NCBI GenBank assembly: GCA_963422655.1
Contig: OY730440.1
Location: forward strand, 472,550-536,549
From: Acidimicrobiales bacterium
GTDB lineage: Bacteria > Actinomycetota > Acidimicrobiia > Acidimicrobiales > Aldehydirespiratoraceae
DNA: 64,000 nucleotides
Reading direction: 5' to 3'
Made by a program: the position numbers and the translations under genes
The notes under the pieces: model-generated
The model's database searches: none
Told to the model about the DNA's origin: nothing
What the model saw: only the letters and a program-made list of their open reading frames with translations
Part shown: positions 49,834 through 59,452 of the stretch, piece after piece
Layout of the letters: each line of letters opens with the position of its first letter
Position numbering within the stretch: position 1 is the stretch's first letter

Positions 49834-51783
49834 GTGCTCACGCTGCTCGCTGCCGACCGGGACGGCGCGACCTCGTCCCCGCTGGCCCAGTCGCTGGCGG
49901 CCCAAACCAGCCGCGGCTGGAAACTGGCTCTCATCGGCGAAGCCGCCCCTGCAACCCTCGAAGGGCGTCTCGAACGCCACGCATCGGCTTCGGACGCCGT
50001 CGAGGCCGTAACTGGGAGTGGAAACACGACCGAGGGCTTCGTGGCCATCGCCGATCTCGACGACCGGCTCCACCCCGACGCCGTCGAGGCTTTCACCGCT
50101 GCCTTCAGAGCCTACCCTGAAGCAGTGGCCGCCTTCGCCGACAGCACCGAGATGGTGCATGGCCGCCAGCAGCCGGTGCTGCGCCCGGCCTGGAACCCTG
50201 ACCTGCTGCGCAGCACCCGCTACACCGGTGATCCCTTCGTGGTGACCACGACAATGCTACTCGCCGCCGGGGCGGCCGGATGGGATCCGGGCCTCGGCGA
50301 GGTCCATCGGTACGACTTGGCACTGCGGGTGAGCGAGCAGGGCGGTCCGGTGCTGCACCTCGGCGCCGCACTCTCGCACCGTGACCGGCCCTGTCCCACC
50401 GACAGCGCTATCGCGGCTGTCGCGGTCCAAGCCCACCTCGACCGCACCGGTCGACCCGCTCGAGCATCGCCGGGACCGCGGGCCGGCACCGTCGTCTGCG
50501 ACCCCGACTTCGACGACCCGCCGTCCGCCTCGATCATCATCCCCACCGCAGCCGCGGCCGACCCCAACGGGCGGCCCTGGATCGAGCATTGCCTGGCCTC
50601 GCTGGCCGACACGCAATGGCCCGATGTCGAGACGATCCTGGTAGTTGGGGACGAATGCCGCCGCGATCTCACCGCTCTGGCCGCGGCCGCCACCCCCCCG
50701 GCTCGGGTGGTGCGCAGCCCGGGCGGGCCGTTCAACTTCTCTACGGCCGTCAACTGCGGCGCGCTGGCAGCTCGCGGCCGTTTGCTGGTGCTTCTCAACG
50801 ACGATACCGAGATTCTCGATCCCTCCTGGCTGGCCCGTCTGGCCGTTCACGCCTCCGACGACGGCGTGGGCGCGGTGGGAGCTCGGTTGCTGTACCCCGA
50901 CATGACGATCCAACACATCGGCATCGTGTTCGACGACGCTCGCCCTCTGCACCCCTTCATGGGCCTGACCACCACCGAGGCGGCCCAGCGGGGCTGGGGG
51001 GTGGCCCGCACCGTGACCGCCGTAACCGGAGCCTGCTTGATGACACGCCGTCGCGAGTTCTTGGCCGTCGGTAGTATGGGCGCCCGGCTCCCGATCGCCT
51101 ACAATGACGTCGACTTCTGCCTGCGCCTGGCTCGCACCGGGAAGCGAACCGTGATCGAGCCGGCAGCCACCCTGACTCACCACGAGAGCCGGACGCGGCG
51201 CCCCCATGCCGAATTGTGGGAATGGCACCGCTTCGTGGGCCGATGGGGCGATGTCGTCGACCCGTGGTACCACCCGGGCTACGTCCGACCTCGCGATCCG
51301 GCCGACCCGCGCCGTGATGTAGACCACGAGTTGCCGGCCGAGCCTCCGATGAACGCCGAGCCCCGGATGGCTGAGGTCGAACCGCGGGTTCACGTCGGCG
51401 CCTGGGGCGGGCTGCGGGGGCCCGGTCTCTCGTCCAACCCGACCCGTCTCCACCTCGAACAACGCGGGTCCACCCCCGTTAGTGTCGCACCGGTGACGAC
51501 TTCGGGAATCGACGTGGAGACAGTGCCCGATGGCGAAGATCCCATCGACAGCAATGAACCCGACCGGCTGCGTCACGAGATCCTGCGGCTGCGTGACGGG
51601 CTCGGCGGAGCCAACGCCGTCAACGCCGCGCTCATGACCCGGGTAGCCGAGCTTGGGGTTCAGGCAGTCGAAATGCGAAACACCCTGGCCGACTACGAGA
51701 AAATGACCCGCTTCGAAAAAAAAGTGACCAGATCGGTTGTGCGAGCCATGGCTGCTGTCTCCCGGCTTTTCCGGCGGCCGTGA
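49834..51783 (+). CDS. GT2 glycosyltransferase with N-terminal extra domain and C-terminal coiled-coil-like tail
   Basis: ASIIIPTAAA..., LLVLLNDDTEI (DxD), GAVGARLLYPDMTIQHIG, and the C-terminal LRHEILRLRDGL...ELGVQAVEMRNTLADYEKM. Confidence 0.8.
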   Translation: MLTLLAADRDGATSSPLAQSLAAQTSRGWKLALIGEAAPATLEGRLERHASASDAVEAVTGSGNTTEGFVAIADLDDRLHPDAVEAFTAAFRAYPEAVAAFADSTEMVHGRQQPVLRPAWNPDLLRSTRYTGDPFVVTTTMLLAAGAAGWDPGLGEVHRYDLALRVSEQGGPVLHLGAALSHRDRPCPTDSAIAAVAVQAHLDRTGRPARASPGPRAGTVVCDPDFDDPPSASIIIPTAAAADPNGRPWIEHCLASLADTQWPDVETILVVGDECRRDLTALAAAATPPARVVRSPGGPFNFSTAVNCGALAARGRLLVLLNDDTEILDPSWLARLAVHASDDGVGAVGARLLYPDMTIQHIGIVFDDARPLHPFMGLTTTEAAQRGWGVARTVTAVTGACLMTRRREFLAVGSMGARLPIAYNDVDFCLRLARTGKRTVIEPAATLTHHESRTRRPHAELWEWHRFVGRWGDVVDPWYHPGYVRPRDPADPRRDVDHELPAEPPMNAEPRMAEVEPRVHVGAWGGLRGPGLSSNPTRLHLEQRGSTPVSVAPVTTSGIDVETVPDGEDPIDSNEPDRLRHEILRLRDGLGGANAVNAALMTRVAELGVQAVEMRNTLADYEKMTRFEKKVTRSVVRAMAAVSRLFRRP

Positions 51784-51804
51784 GCGGGCCGAAGCCTTGT
51801 TCCG

Positions 51805-52806
51805 ATGACCGGACCGGAAGTTGCTCTCGATGGCGTCTCTTTCGACGTGATCGTACGCACCCAGGGCCGACGGCCCGGGTCTTTGCGGGAGGCGATGGTC
51901 AGCCTCGGCGCCCAGACATTCTCCGACTTCGCGGTCATCGTGGTGGTGCATGGCTCATCGGCGATCGCTGCTGCCGTGGAGGCGTCGTTGAGAGAGACAG
52001 GGGACCTGCCCGAGCGCTGGTCGGTCCACACCGTTTCGGGCGGGAACAGGGCTCGGCCTCTCAACGCCGGGCTGGACCGGGCCGGCGGCGACTACGTCAC
52101 CTTTCTCGACGATGACGACCTCGCCGATCCCGATTGGTTGGTCGCCTTTGCACGGGGCGCGGCGGATGCGCCGGGCCAGGTCATCCGGGCGGTGACGAAA
52201 ACGCAGGACTGGACGACGTTGGGCACCGACGAGCCCCGGGCCCCGACCGGGGAGATCACCCGTCACTTCGCCCCCAGCTTCGACCTGCTCGCCCACTTTT
52301 CCCACAACGAGACCCCCATCTGCTCCATCGCCTTGCCCCGGGCGGCTCTGCAGCGTCTGGGGCTGCGCTTCGACGAGACCCTCCCGGTGCTCGAGGACTG
52401 GGATCTTCTGATGCGGTCCGCATTGGGGGTGGGCGTGCATTCGGTACCGGAGGCCACCTCTTTGTATCGGCTCCTCGACACGGCCAACGCCAAGGCTGCG
52501 GTCGATGAACCCGGCTGGTGCCAGGCGTATGACCGGGTGCTCGGTAAGCTCTCCGCTGCGCCCGTCGAGCTGCCCGGCGCCGTGGTGGGGAGGCTGGCCG
52601 CGGCCCATTTCGCACCGGGGGGCCCACCTCTGGCCGTCGCTATGGGCGAACGGCGTTGCCCTGTATCGGATCGAGCTTGTTTCTGCGGCGGTCCGCCCGG
52701 TGCCGCCTTGGTCAGCGAGCCGCTTCTGTCCCTCCGTCTGCGAACCCGACGCCGGATCGGCCGGCTTTTCCGAGCCCCGATCGGCCGGATTCTCCGGAAT
52801 CGGTGA
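51805..52806 (+). CDS. GT2/GT-A fold glycosyltransferase
   Basis: VSFDVIVRTQGRR..., NAGLDRAGGDYVTFLDDDDL (DxD). 333 aa. Confidence 0.75.
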   Translation: MTGPEVALDGVSFDVIVRTQGRRPGSLREAMVSLGAQTFSDFAVIVVVHGSSAIAAAVEASLRETGDLPERWSVHTVSGGNRARPLNAGLDRAGGDYVTFLDDDDLADPDWLVAFARGAADAPGQVIRAVTKTQDWTTLGTDEPRAPTGEITRHFAPSFDLLAHFSHNETPICSIALPRAALQRLGLRFDETLPVLEDWDLLMRSALGVGVHSVPEATSLYRLLDTANAKAAVDEPGWCQAYDRVLGKLSAAPVELPGAVVGRLAAAHFAPGGPPLAVAMGERRCPVSDRACFCGGPPGAALVSEPLLSLRLRTRRRIGRLFRAPIGRILRNR

Positions 52807-52813
52807 CTCACGA

Positions 52814-53632
52814 GTGGTGAAGCTCGCACTGTCACCAGCGACGCGTACCAGCGCCATACTGATCCGCAGCTTCGCCGAGCGCGAGCGCAAGAGCCTCTAC
52901 AAGCGCAGCATCCTGGGCTGGTTGTGGTCGCTTCTCGGCCCCCTGATGGCCGTGGCCGTCTACAGCCTGGTGTTCGGGGTGATCTACCGGGCCCCGCCGC
53001 CTGTTACCGCCAATGGCCGAGCCGAGGTCTTCGCCCTGTACCTGTTCTCGGGCCTGGTGGTGTGGAACGTGTTCACCAACATCGTCACCGGCGCCATGCG
53101 CTGGATGATCGACGTGAGCGATCTACGCAAGAAAACCTACTTCCCCACCGAAACGGCGATCCTGGGAGGAGCCGTCGCCACGTTGCTACAGAGCGGGCTC
53201 GAAGCGGTAGTGCTGATCACCATCATGGCCGTACTCGTCAACATCTCGTGGACGCTGGTGTTGCTGCCGCTGACCCTGATCCTCACAGCCGGGTTCGGTC
53301 TCGGTATCGGCTTCGCAGTAGCGATTCTCAACACCCGCTACCGCGACATCGGGCACTTGGTCAACATCGCGCTGAGCGTGACATTCTTCTTGGTACCCAT
53401 CGTGTACACATCCGACATGGTGCCCGACCGAGCCTACGGCCTACCCGTGAGACGCATTATGGAACTCAATCCCCTGAACGCGGTGATCGGGGTGACCCGC
53501 GACGCTGTCTACTTCCTGCGGACGCCCTCGCCGGGTCAACTGGCTGCGGCCGCGGTCTGGGCCGCAGTGTCGTCCGTCTCGGGCTGGGTGTACTTCAGGC
53601 ACCGGTCCATGGAGATGAGCGAGGAACCATGA
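52814..53632 (+). CDS. wzm: ABC-2 type polysaccharide/teichoic-acid exporter permease (Wzm/TagG-like), copy 1
   Basis: ERERKSLYKRSILGWLWSLLGPLMAVAVYSLVFGVIY with six TM segments. GTG start at 52814/52817, just after the upstream stop. Confidence 0.85.
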   Translation: MVKLALSPATRTSAILIRSFAERERKSLYKRSILGWLWSLLGPLMAVAVYSLVFGVIYRAPPPVTANGRAEVFALYLFSGLVVWNVFTNIVTGAMRWMIDVSDLRKKTYFPTETAILGGAVATLLQSGLEAVVLITIMAVLVNISWTLVLLPLTLILTAGFGLGIGFAVAILNTRYRDIGHLVNIALSVTFFLVPIVYTSDMVPDRAYGLPVRRIMELNPLNAVIGVTRDAVYFLRTPSPGQLAAAAVWAAVSSVSGWVYFRHRSMEMSEEP

Positions 53633-54435
53633 GGACGGCGCCGACCGACGAGAACCGGCTCACCATCTCCGTCATCGACGTCTCCAAGCGCTTCCGGCTC
53701 GAGTTCGACCGGCCCAGCTCCATCAAGGAGGCGGTGCTGCGCTTCGGGCGGCGCGACGTGAGCGACTTCTGGGCGCTGCGCGACATCTCGTTGGCCATCC
53801 CCCGGGGCTCGTTCTTCGGCATCGTGGGCCACAACGGCAGCGGCAAGTCGACCCTGCTGCGACTCATGGCCGGCATCCATCGCCCCACCACCGGAGAGAT
53901 CCACACCCGGGGCCGACTGTCGGCTCTGCTGGAGCTCGGATCGGGATTCCACACCGATCTGACCGGTAGGGAGAACGTGTTCCTGAACGGGGCCATACTG
54001 GGCCTGAACCGGCGGCAGATGGCAGCAGCCATGGACGAGATCGTCGAGTTCAGCGGCATCGGCGACCAGATCGACGTGCCGGTGAAGATCTACTCGAGCG
54101 GCATGTACATGCGCCTCGGTTTCGCCGTGGCCGTCAATGTCGATCCCGAGATCCTCCTCATCGACGAGGTGATCGCGGTCGGTGACGAGGATTTCCAGCA
54201 CAAGTGCATGCGCCACATGGACCAGCTCCGGGCCCGAGGCACCACCATCGTCGTCGTCTCCCACAACACTGACCTGGTGCGCCGACTCTCCGACACCGTA
54301 GGCTGGCTCGACCACGGACGAATGCTCGGCTTGGGCGACCCGGACACGATAGTCGACGAGTACCTCGATAGCGTTACCGACGGAGGGGAAATGACCCTCA
54401 CCGACCGGGACTGCTCGCCACCCGAGAGCATCTGA
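53629..54435 (+). CDS. wzt: ABC-2 type exporter ATP-binding protein (Wzt/TagH-like), copy 1
   Basis: Walker A GHNGSGKST, signature YSSGMYMRLGFAVA, Walker B ILLIDEV. ATGA overlap with wzm. At 268 aa it has no C-terminal carbohydrate-binding domain. Confidence 0.9.
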   Translation: MRTAPTDENRLTISVIDVSKRFRLEFDRPSSIKEAVLRFGRRDVSDFWALRDISLAIPRGSFFGIVGHNGSGKSTLLRLMAGIHRPTTGEIHTRGRLSALLELGSGFHTDLTGRENVFLNGAILGLNRRQMAAAMDEIVEFSGIGDQIDVPVKIYSSGMYMRLGFAVAVNVDPEILLIDEVIAVGDEDFQHKCMRHMDQLRARGTTIVVVSHNTDLVRRLSDTVGWLDHGRMLGLGDPDTIVDEYLDSVTDGGEMTLTDRDCSPPESI

Positions 54436-54438
54436 GCC

Positions 54439-55149
54439 ATGCCGGAGAAACAACCTCGCCTTTCGGTGATCATGCCCTGCTACAACGAAGCGGCCACCCT
54501 CGACCGGGCCGTGGGCCGAGTCCTGGCCAGCCCTCACACGTCCGAGCTGATCATCGTCGACGACGGCTCCACCGACGGCACCAGCGAAGTCCTGGCCAGC
54601 ATCGCTCACGAGCGGGTCCGGGTACTGCACCAATCCCCCAACCGAGGCAAAGGAGCTGCGGTCCGCCGAGGCTTCGCCGAAGCCACCGGCGATCTGGTGA
54701 TCATTCAGGACGCCGACTTGGAATACGATCCCGACGACTGGGACCTGATCCTCGAACCGCTGATCCGAGGTAACGCCGACGTGGTGTACGGCTCCCGGTT
54801 CCAATCGGGCCAGCCCCGACGGGTGCTCTACTTCTGGCACTACGTCGGCAACCGGATCCTCACCACTGCCTCGAATATCTTCACCAACCTGAACCTCACC
54901 GATATGGAGACATGCTGCAAGGCCTTCCGGCGCGAGGTGATCCAATCCATCACCCTCACCGAGAACCGCTTCGGGATAGAACCCGAAATCACCGCCAAAG
55001 TGGCCGTCGGCGGATGGCGAATCTGGGAAGTAGGCATCTCCTACTCGGGACGCACCTACGCCGAAGGCAAAAAGATCGGCTGGAAAGACGGCCTGACGGC
55101 GCTGTGGTGCATCCTCAAATACGGGATCAGCACCAGGATCGAGGCCTAG
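54439..55149 (+). CDS. GT2 glycosyltransferase, polyprenyl-phosphate sugar synthase-like (soluble/peripheral)
   Basis: LSVIMPCYNEA, LIIVDDGSTDGT, IQDADLEYDP. 236 aa. Confidence 0.85.
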   Translation: MPEKQPRLSVIMPCYNEAATLDRAVGRVLASPHTSELIIVDDGSTDGTSEVLASIAHERVRVLHQSPNRGKGAAVRRGFAEATGDLVIIQDADLEYDPDDWDLILEPLIRGNADVVYGSRFQSGQPRRVLYFWHYVGNRILTTASNIFTNLNLTDMETCCKAFRREVIQSITLTENRFGIEPEITAKVAVGGWRIWEVGISYSGRTYAEGKKIGWKDGLTALWCILKYGISTRIEA

Positions 55150-55214
55150 TGCCTCTAGAGTGCTCCGAGCGCGGGCGGCCGCCGACCATTTATCGAAACG
55201 CACCCACCTCTTTG

Positions 55215-57245
55215 ATGCCCTCCCACCGATGGCGATTGCCGTCCTACCCGCTGGCCGTGCTGGCCGTGCTCGCCGTGCTGGCCGTGCTGGCCGGCCCGGC
55301 CACCGCCCAAAGCGCCGAGCCGACCCAGGATCCGGAGACTTCCCCGACCGACGATCTCATCTTCACCTTCACGGGAGGAGGCTGGGGTCATGGTGTCGGG
55401 ATGAGCCAGTTCGGCGCCCTGGGACGGGCCGAAGCCGGGTTCGATCACATCGAGATTCTCGAGTTCTACTATGACGGTACCGAGGTGGTCACCGACCCCA
55501 CTTTGGTGGACGACGATATCGACGTGCTGGTATCGATCGACTCCTCGACCACTTTCGAACCGTCCGGACCGGTGACCGTGGCCATAGACGGATACGACAT
55601 CGGCTCGACCCAGAATTCGCTGACCGTCACCCGAGGTGACGGTGGATGGGTGATCTCCGACAGCGACGGGTCATGGTGCAGCGGGTGGTGCCGCGGTTCA
55701 CTGCTCACCGTGAGCTTCACCGAGGGCGAGCCGGTGGCAGTGTCGAGCGGGTACGCCTACGGGTACGGGCAGCTTCAACTCGTACCGGCCGCGAGCGGCG
55801 GACCAAGGTGTGGCACGGACTCGGATCGCTACTGCGTAGTCATCGGCGACATGACCATGCAGCAGTACCTGTACGGGGTGGACGAGATCTATTCGCATTG
55901 GCACCCCGAGGCCTTGGCCGCTCAAGCCATTGTCAGCCGCAGCTACTCGGTGGCCAGGTCGAACCAACGGGCCCACTGGACCAGCCCGTTCGAGCTCTAC
56001 GACTACGGGGACCAGACCTACCGGGGCTGGATGCCCGAAACCACCGACGGTGCACCGGTGGAGTGGATCGGTGCCGTCGACAGCACCGACGGCACCGTCA
56101 TCGTCCATCCCGAGCCAGAGCCCGGCCCCGAAAACACCAGCCCCGAAGGCGACGGGTACGTGATAACCGCATTCTTCTCGTCATCGAATGGGGGCCATAC
56201 GGCATCATCGGAAGAGCCTTGGACTAAACCACTCCCCTACCTGGTGCCCAAACCCGATCCCTACGACGCCGCCCCCGACCCTGACGGGGCGCCGCAGAAT
56301 CCCTTCCGTTCCTGGACCCGCCACTACACCGCCACCGACCTCAGCCGCTGGCTGGCCGATTACCCCCACGCCGATCTCGATGTGGGTCTGATCAGCCAGC
56401 TCACCATCGAGGGGTTAGGCCCCTCGGGCCGGATCGACGATGCCCTGGTCACTCTGACCGGCACGGACCGCACCCTGGAAGTCCGCGATGACGACGGCAA
56501 CCCCTACGGGTATCGGTTTTTCAAGGCCATATTCATCGGCTGTCAAGCCACGCCCGAGTGTTCGGAGATACACACGACCAAGCTCTGGGTCACCACATCG
56601 GGCACCGCACCCCCAGATCCCGACCCCATGGCAACAGCCGCGACGGTGCCGCCGATCCCAAGCTCAGCTCCTGCCTTCACCGATGTGATCGAAGATGCTT
56701 ACTACGCCCAACCCGTGGCCTGGATGGTGGCCAACAACATCACCACCGGCACCACCCCCACCACCTACTCCCCCCGAAAACCCGTCACCCGAGCCCAAAT
56801 AGCCACCTTCCTATGGCGCCTCGCTGGCAGCCCCGATGCCAACCAGCCCGCCACCGCCTTCACCGATGTGATCGAAGATGCTTACTACGCCCAACCCGTG
56901 GCCTGGATGGTGGCCAACAACATCACCACCGGCACCACCCCCACCACCTACTCCCCCCGAAAACCCGTCACCCGAGCCCAAATAGCCACCTTCCTATGGC
57001 GCCTCGCCGCCAGCCCCACCAGCAAAATACCAATCGCCTTCGACGATGTCTCCCCCGACGCCAACTACGCCCAACCTGTGGCCTGGATGGTGGCCAACAA
57101 CATCACCACCGGCACCACCCCCACCACCTACTCCCCCCGAAAACCCGTCACCCGAGCCCAAATAGCCACCTTCCTATGGCGCCTCGCCGCCAACCCCGAC
57201 GCCTTCGCGTCCGGGGCTGAACTACCCCCTTCGATGCGTCTGTAG
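55215..57245 (+). CDS. Secreted SpoIID/LytB-domain protein with three C-terminal SLH-type repeats
   Basis: Signal peptide RLPSYPLAVLAVLAVLAVLAGPATAQS. SpoIID signature FTGGGWGHGVGMSQFGALGRA. Three repeats of FTDV..AYYAQPVAWMVANNITTGTTPTTYSPRKPVTRAQIATFLWRLA match the SLH pattern F-x-DV...W/Y-A...G...F/Y-x-P...TRA-x-hA. Confidence 0.8.
   Translation: MPSHRWRLPSYPLAVLAVLAVLAVLAGPATAQSAEPTQDPETSPTDDLIFTFTGGGWGHGVGMSQFGALGRAEAGFDHIEILEFYYDGTEVVTDPTLVDDDIDVLVSIDSSTTFEPSGPVTVAIDGYDIGSTQNSLTVTRGDGGWVISDSDGSWCSGWCRGSLLTVSFTEGEPVAVSSGYAYGYGQLQLVPAASGGPRCGTDSDRYCVVIGDMTMQQYLYGVDEIYSHWHPEALAAQAIVSRSYSVARSNQRAHWTSPFELYDYGDQTYRGWMPETTDGAPVEWIGAVDSTDGTVIVHPEPEPGPENTSPEGDGYVITAFFSSSNGGHTASSEEPWTKPLPYLVPKPDPYDAAPDPDGAPQNPFRSWTRHYTATDLSRWLADYPHADLDVGLISQLTIEGLGPSGRIDDALVTLTGTDRTLEVRDDDGNPYGYRFFKAIFIGCQATPECSEIHTTKLWVTTSGTAPPDPDPMATAATVPPIPSSAPAFTDVIEDAYYAQPVAWMVANNITTGTTPTTYSPRKPVTRAQIATFLWRLAGSPDANQPATAFTDVIEDAYYAQPVAWMVANNITTGTTPTTYSPRKPVTRAQIATFLWRLAASPTSKIPIAFDDVSPDANYAQPVAWMVANNITTGTTPTTYSPRKPVTRAQIATFLWRLAANPDAFASGAELPPSMRL
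55251..55295 (+). repeat. 9-bp tandem repeat (ctggccgtg) x5 imperfect, encoding (LAV)n in the signal peptide
   Basis: Units lie at 55251, 55260, 55269 (ctcgccgtg), 55278 and 55287 (ctggccggc). Confidence 0.85.
56673..57190 (+). repeat. Three tandem 183/180-bp coding repeats (SLH modules)
   Basis: Copy starts (gccttc) lie at 56673, 56856 and 57036. Copies 1 and 2 are identical over 152 nt (56673-56824 vs 56856-57007). Copy 3 differs at its 5' end and by one c>t in cccaacctgtgg. Confidence 0.95.
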
Positions 57246-57261
57246 ACACGGGCTGACAACC

Positions 57262-58665
57262 ATGTCCGCCAACCAGAACTATTACGCTCCAGTCATGCCC
57301 AGCCATCCTGTTGCGCTCCCGACCAGGCCGGCCCCGAACCCAGGCCGGCCCGCGCCGATGCTACGGCGTCTAGGGTTCCGCTATCTCCACCTGATCGACG
57401 CCGTAACCCTGTTCGGACTCATGGCCGCCATCACCGTGGCCCGATTCGGATTGGATTGGCCCACCTATCCGCTCCCGCACTACATAGTGGGTTTCGCCAT
57501 CGCCGTGGCCATACACATGACGGTGTACTACTTCGGGGGGTTGTATGAGTACGAGCAAAGGCTGGGCCGCCCCCCCTGGCTGCCCCGCGCCACCATGCTC
57601 ACCGCTATCGCCGTGGGCGTCTCCGCAGCGACAGCGTTGCTGACGGAACGCTACCTGATGCCTCGGGCCAACTTGGTGGTGCTGATGTTGGGGGCCAGCC
57701 TGCTCGTCGCTTTCAACCGGTGGGTGGCCCGATCGGTGCGGTCCCGGCGCTTCGGCCGGCCTCAGGTCCTGCTGGTCGGAACCCCCGACGACACCAAGCC
57801 GGCTCATCGCCATCTCACCGAATCCGAGCCCGGCATCCGCCCCGTGGGCCAGACTTCGGACTTCGGTCGCATATCCACCAAAGTCAACCGGACGAAGGCC
57901 ACCGACGTCTTGTTGATCACCGGAGGATCGCTAAACGAGATCTACCCCGAACCCCTCGGTGAACTGGAGCGGCGCCTTATCGCTGTGTACCAGCGCGTCA
58001 CCCCTTCCGACACCCTCATGGGGCTCCAGCGAACCCGCCAGATCGCAGGCATGCCCTTCGTGGCCCTCCGCACCCACGCCATACCTCGGCACCGTCTCCG
58101 GTTCAAACGGCTCCTGGATTTGGTGTACCTCGTGGCGATGGCTCCCTTCGCCATTCCACTGATAGGCGCGGTTGCCGTCGTCGTGCGGATCCGGGCTGGC
58201 CGGGGCATCTTTTATCGCCAGATACGGGTCGGTTATCGGGCTCAACCCTTCACGATGCTGAAGTTTCGCACCATGGTCGAAGACGCCGAGTCCGCCAGCG
58301 GGCCGGTTCTGGCCAATTCCAGCGATCCCAGGGTCGTTTCCGGACTGGCCTGGTTGCGCCACTCCCGTCTAGACGAGCTACCCCAACTGTGGAACGTGGC
58401 CACCGGCGAGATGTCGATAGTCGGCCCTCGAGCTGAGCGGCCCGAGATGGTAACCGGCTTCGAGAAGCTGATCCCCGGATACAACCGTCGCCACGACACC
58501 CCTCCCGGTATCACCGGCTTGGCCCAGACTCAGGGCCATTACCAGACCGACGCCAACTACAAGATCGGCCACGATCTGCAATACATCGTGAACTGGTCTC
58601 CGATTCTCGATCTCGAGTTGATGGCAAAGGGCCTGATCGTCATGGCCCGCCGTTCGGGCCGGTAA
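57262..58665 (+). CDS. Polyprenyl-phosphate glycosyl-1-phosphate transferase (WbaP/bacterial sugar transferase family initiator)
   Basis: Four N-terminal TM segments precede the C-terminal catalytic domain, which carries KRLLDLVYLVAMAPFAIPL, MLKFRTM, DELPQLWNV and MSIVGPRAERPE. Confidence 0.9.
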   Translation: MSANQNYYAPVMPSHPVALPTRPAPNPGRPAPMLRRLGFRYLHLIDAVTLFGLMAAITVARFGLDWPTYPLPHYIVGFAIAVAIHMTVYYFGGLYEYEQRLGRPPWLPRATMLTAIAVGVSAATALLTERYLMPRANLVVLMLGASLLVAFNRWVARSVRSRRFGRPQVLLVGTPDDTKPAHRHLTESEPGIRPVGQTSDFGRISTKVNRTKATDVLLITGGSLNEIYPEPLGELERRLIAVYQRVTPSDTLMGLQRTRQIAGMPFVALRTHAIPRHRLRFKRLLDLVYLVAMAPFAIPLIGAVAVVVRIRAGRGIFYRQIRVGYRAQPFTMLKFRTMVEDAESASGPVLANSSDPRVVSGLAWLRHSRLDELPQLWNVATGEMSIVGPRAERPEMVTGFEKLIPGYNRRHDTPPGITGLAQTQGHYQTDANYKIGHDLQYIVNWSPILDLELMAKGLIVMARRSGR

Positions 58666-58708
58666 GACCCGACCCGGCGTCGGCGCTTACATCAGGCAGC
58701 AGGATCGC

Positions 58709-59452
58709 TCATCGGGTAGAGATGGCGGACATATAGGCGGACGTAACTCGATCCGGTTCGCCCTGCATGCGGATCAACCCCTTGTCCAACCATATGACCC
58801 GCCCGCAGGTGCTGGTGATCTCGGCCATATTGTGGGTGACGAGAACTACCAGACCCGACTCGGCTCGGATCTCGTCTATGCGCTCCCGGCTGCGCTCCTG
58901 AAATTCTTGGTCGCCTACGGCCAGCACTTCGTCGATCAGTAGCACCTCCGGTCTCCACGCGGTGGCGATGGCGAAGCCGAGTCGGGCCCTCATACCCGAC
59001 GAGTAAGTGCGCATGGGCCGGTCGATGGCGTCGCTCAAACCCGAGAAATCGATGATGGCGCCGGTTCGTTCGCTCACTTCGGCCCGGCTGAATCCCAGAG
59101 CCAGTCCCCCGATCATGATGTTGCGTCGACCCGAGAGCGCCGGTCGCAGCGCCGCCGTAACCCCCAGCAGGGTGGGCCGAGAGCGGGCCATGACCCTTCC
59201 CGACTCGAGGGGCAGCAGGCCGGTCATGGCTGCCAGCAGGGTGGACTTGCCCGATCCGTTAGGTCCGATGAGCCCCACCGTCTCACCACTGTGGAAGTCG
59301 TAGGTCACGCCCTGCACTGCCCGCACGGTCCGGTAGCGACGCTGGACCCGACCCCGAGCGAAGAGTCCCTTGAGCCCGACAGACGCGTCCTCATAGACCC
59401 GGTAGAAGACGTGGACGTCCTCGAGGCTCACGATAGCGGAGGAACCGGTCAT
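58709..59452 (-). CDS. wzt: ABC-2 type exporter ATP-binding protein (Wzt/TagH-like), copy 2
   Basis: Walker A GPNGSGKST, signature YSSGMRARLGFAIA, Walker B VLLIDEV. ATGA overlap with the upstream permease. The 119-aa extension in the ORF track is out-of-gene. Confidence 0.9.
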   Translation of the reverse strand: MTGSSAIVSLEDVHVFYRVYEDASVGLKGLFARGRVQRRYRTVRAVQGVTYDFHSGETVGLIGPNGSGKSTLLAAMTGLLPLESGRVMARSRPTLLGVTAALRPALSGRRNIMIGGLALGFSRAEVSERTGAIIDFSGLSDAIDRPMRTYSSGMRARLGFAIATAWRPEVLLIDEVLAVGDQEFQERSRERIDEIRAESGLVVLVTHNMAEITSTCGRVIWLDKGLIRMQGEPDRVTSAYMSAISTR

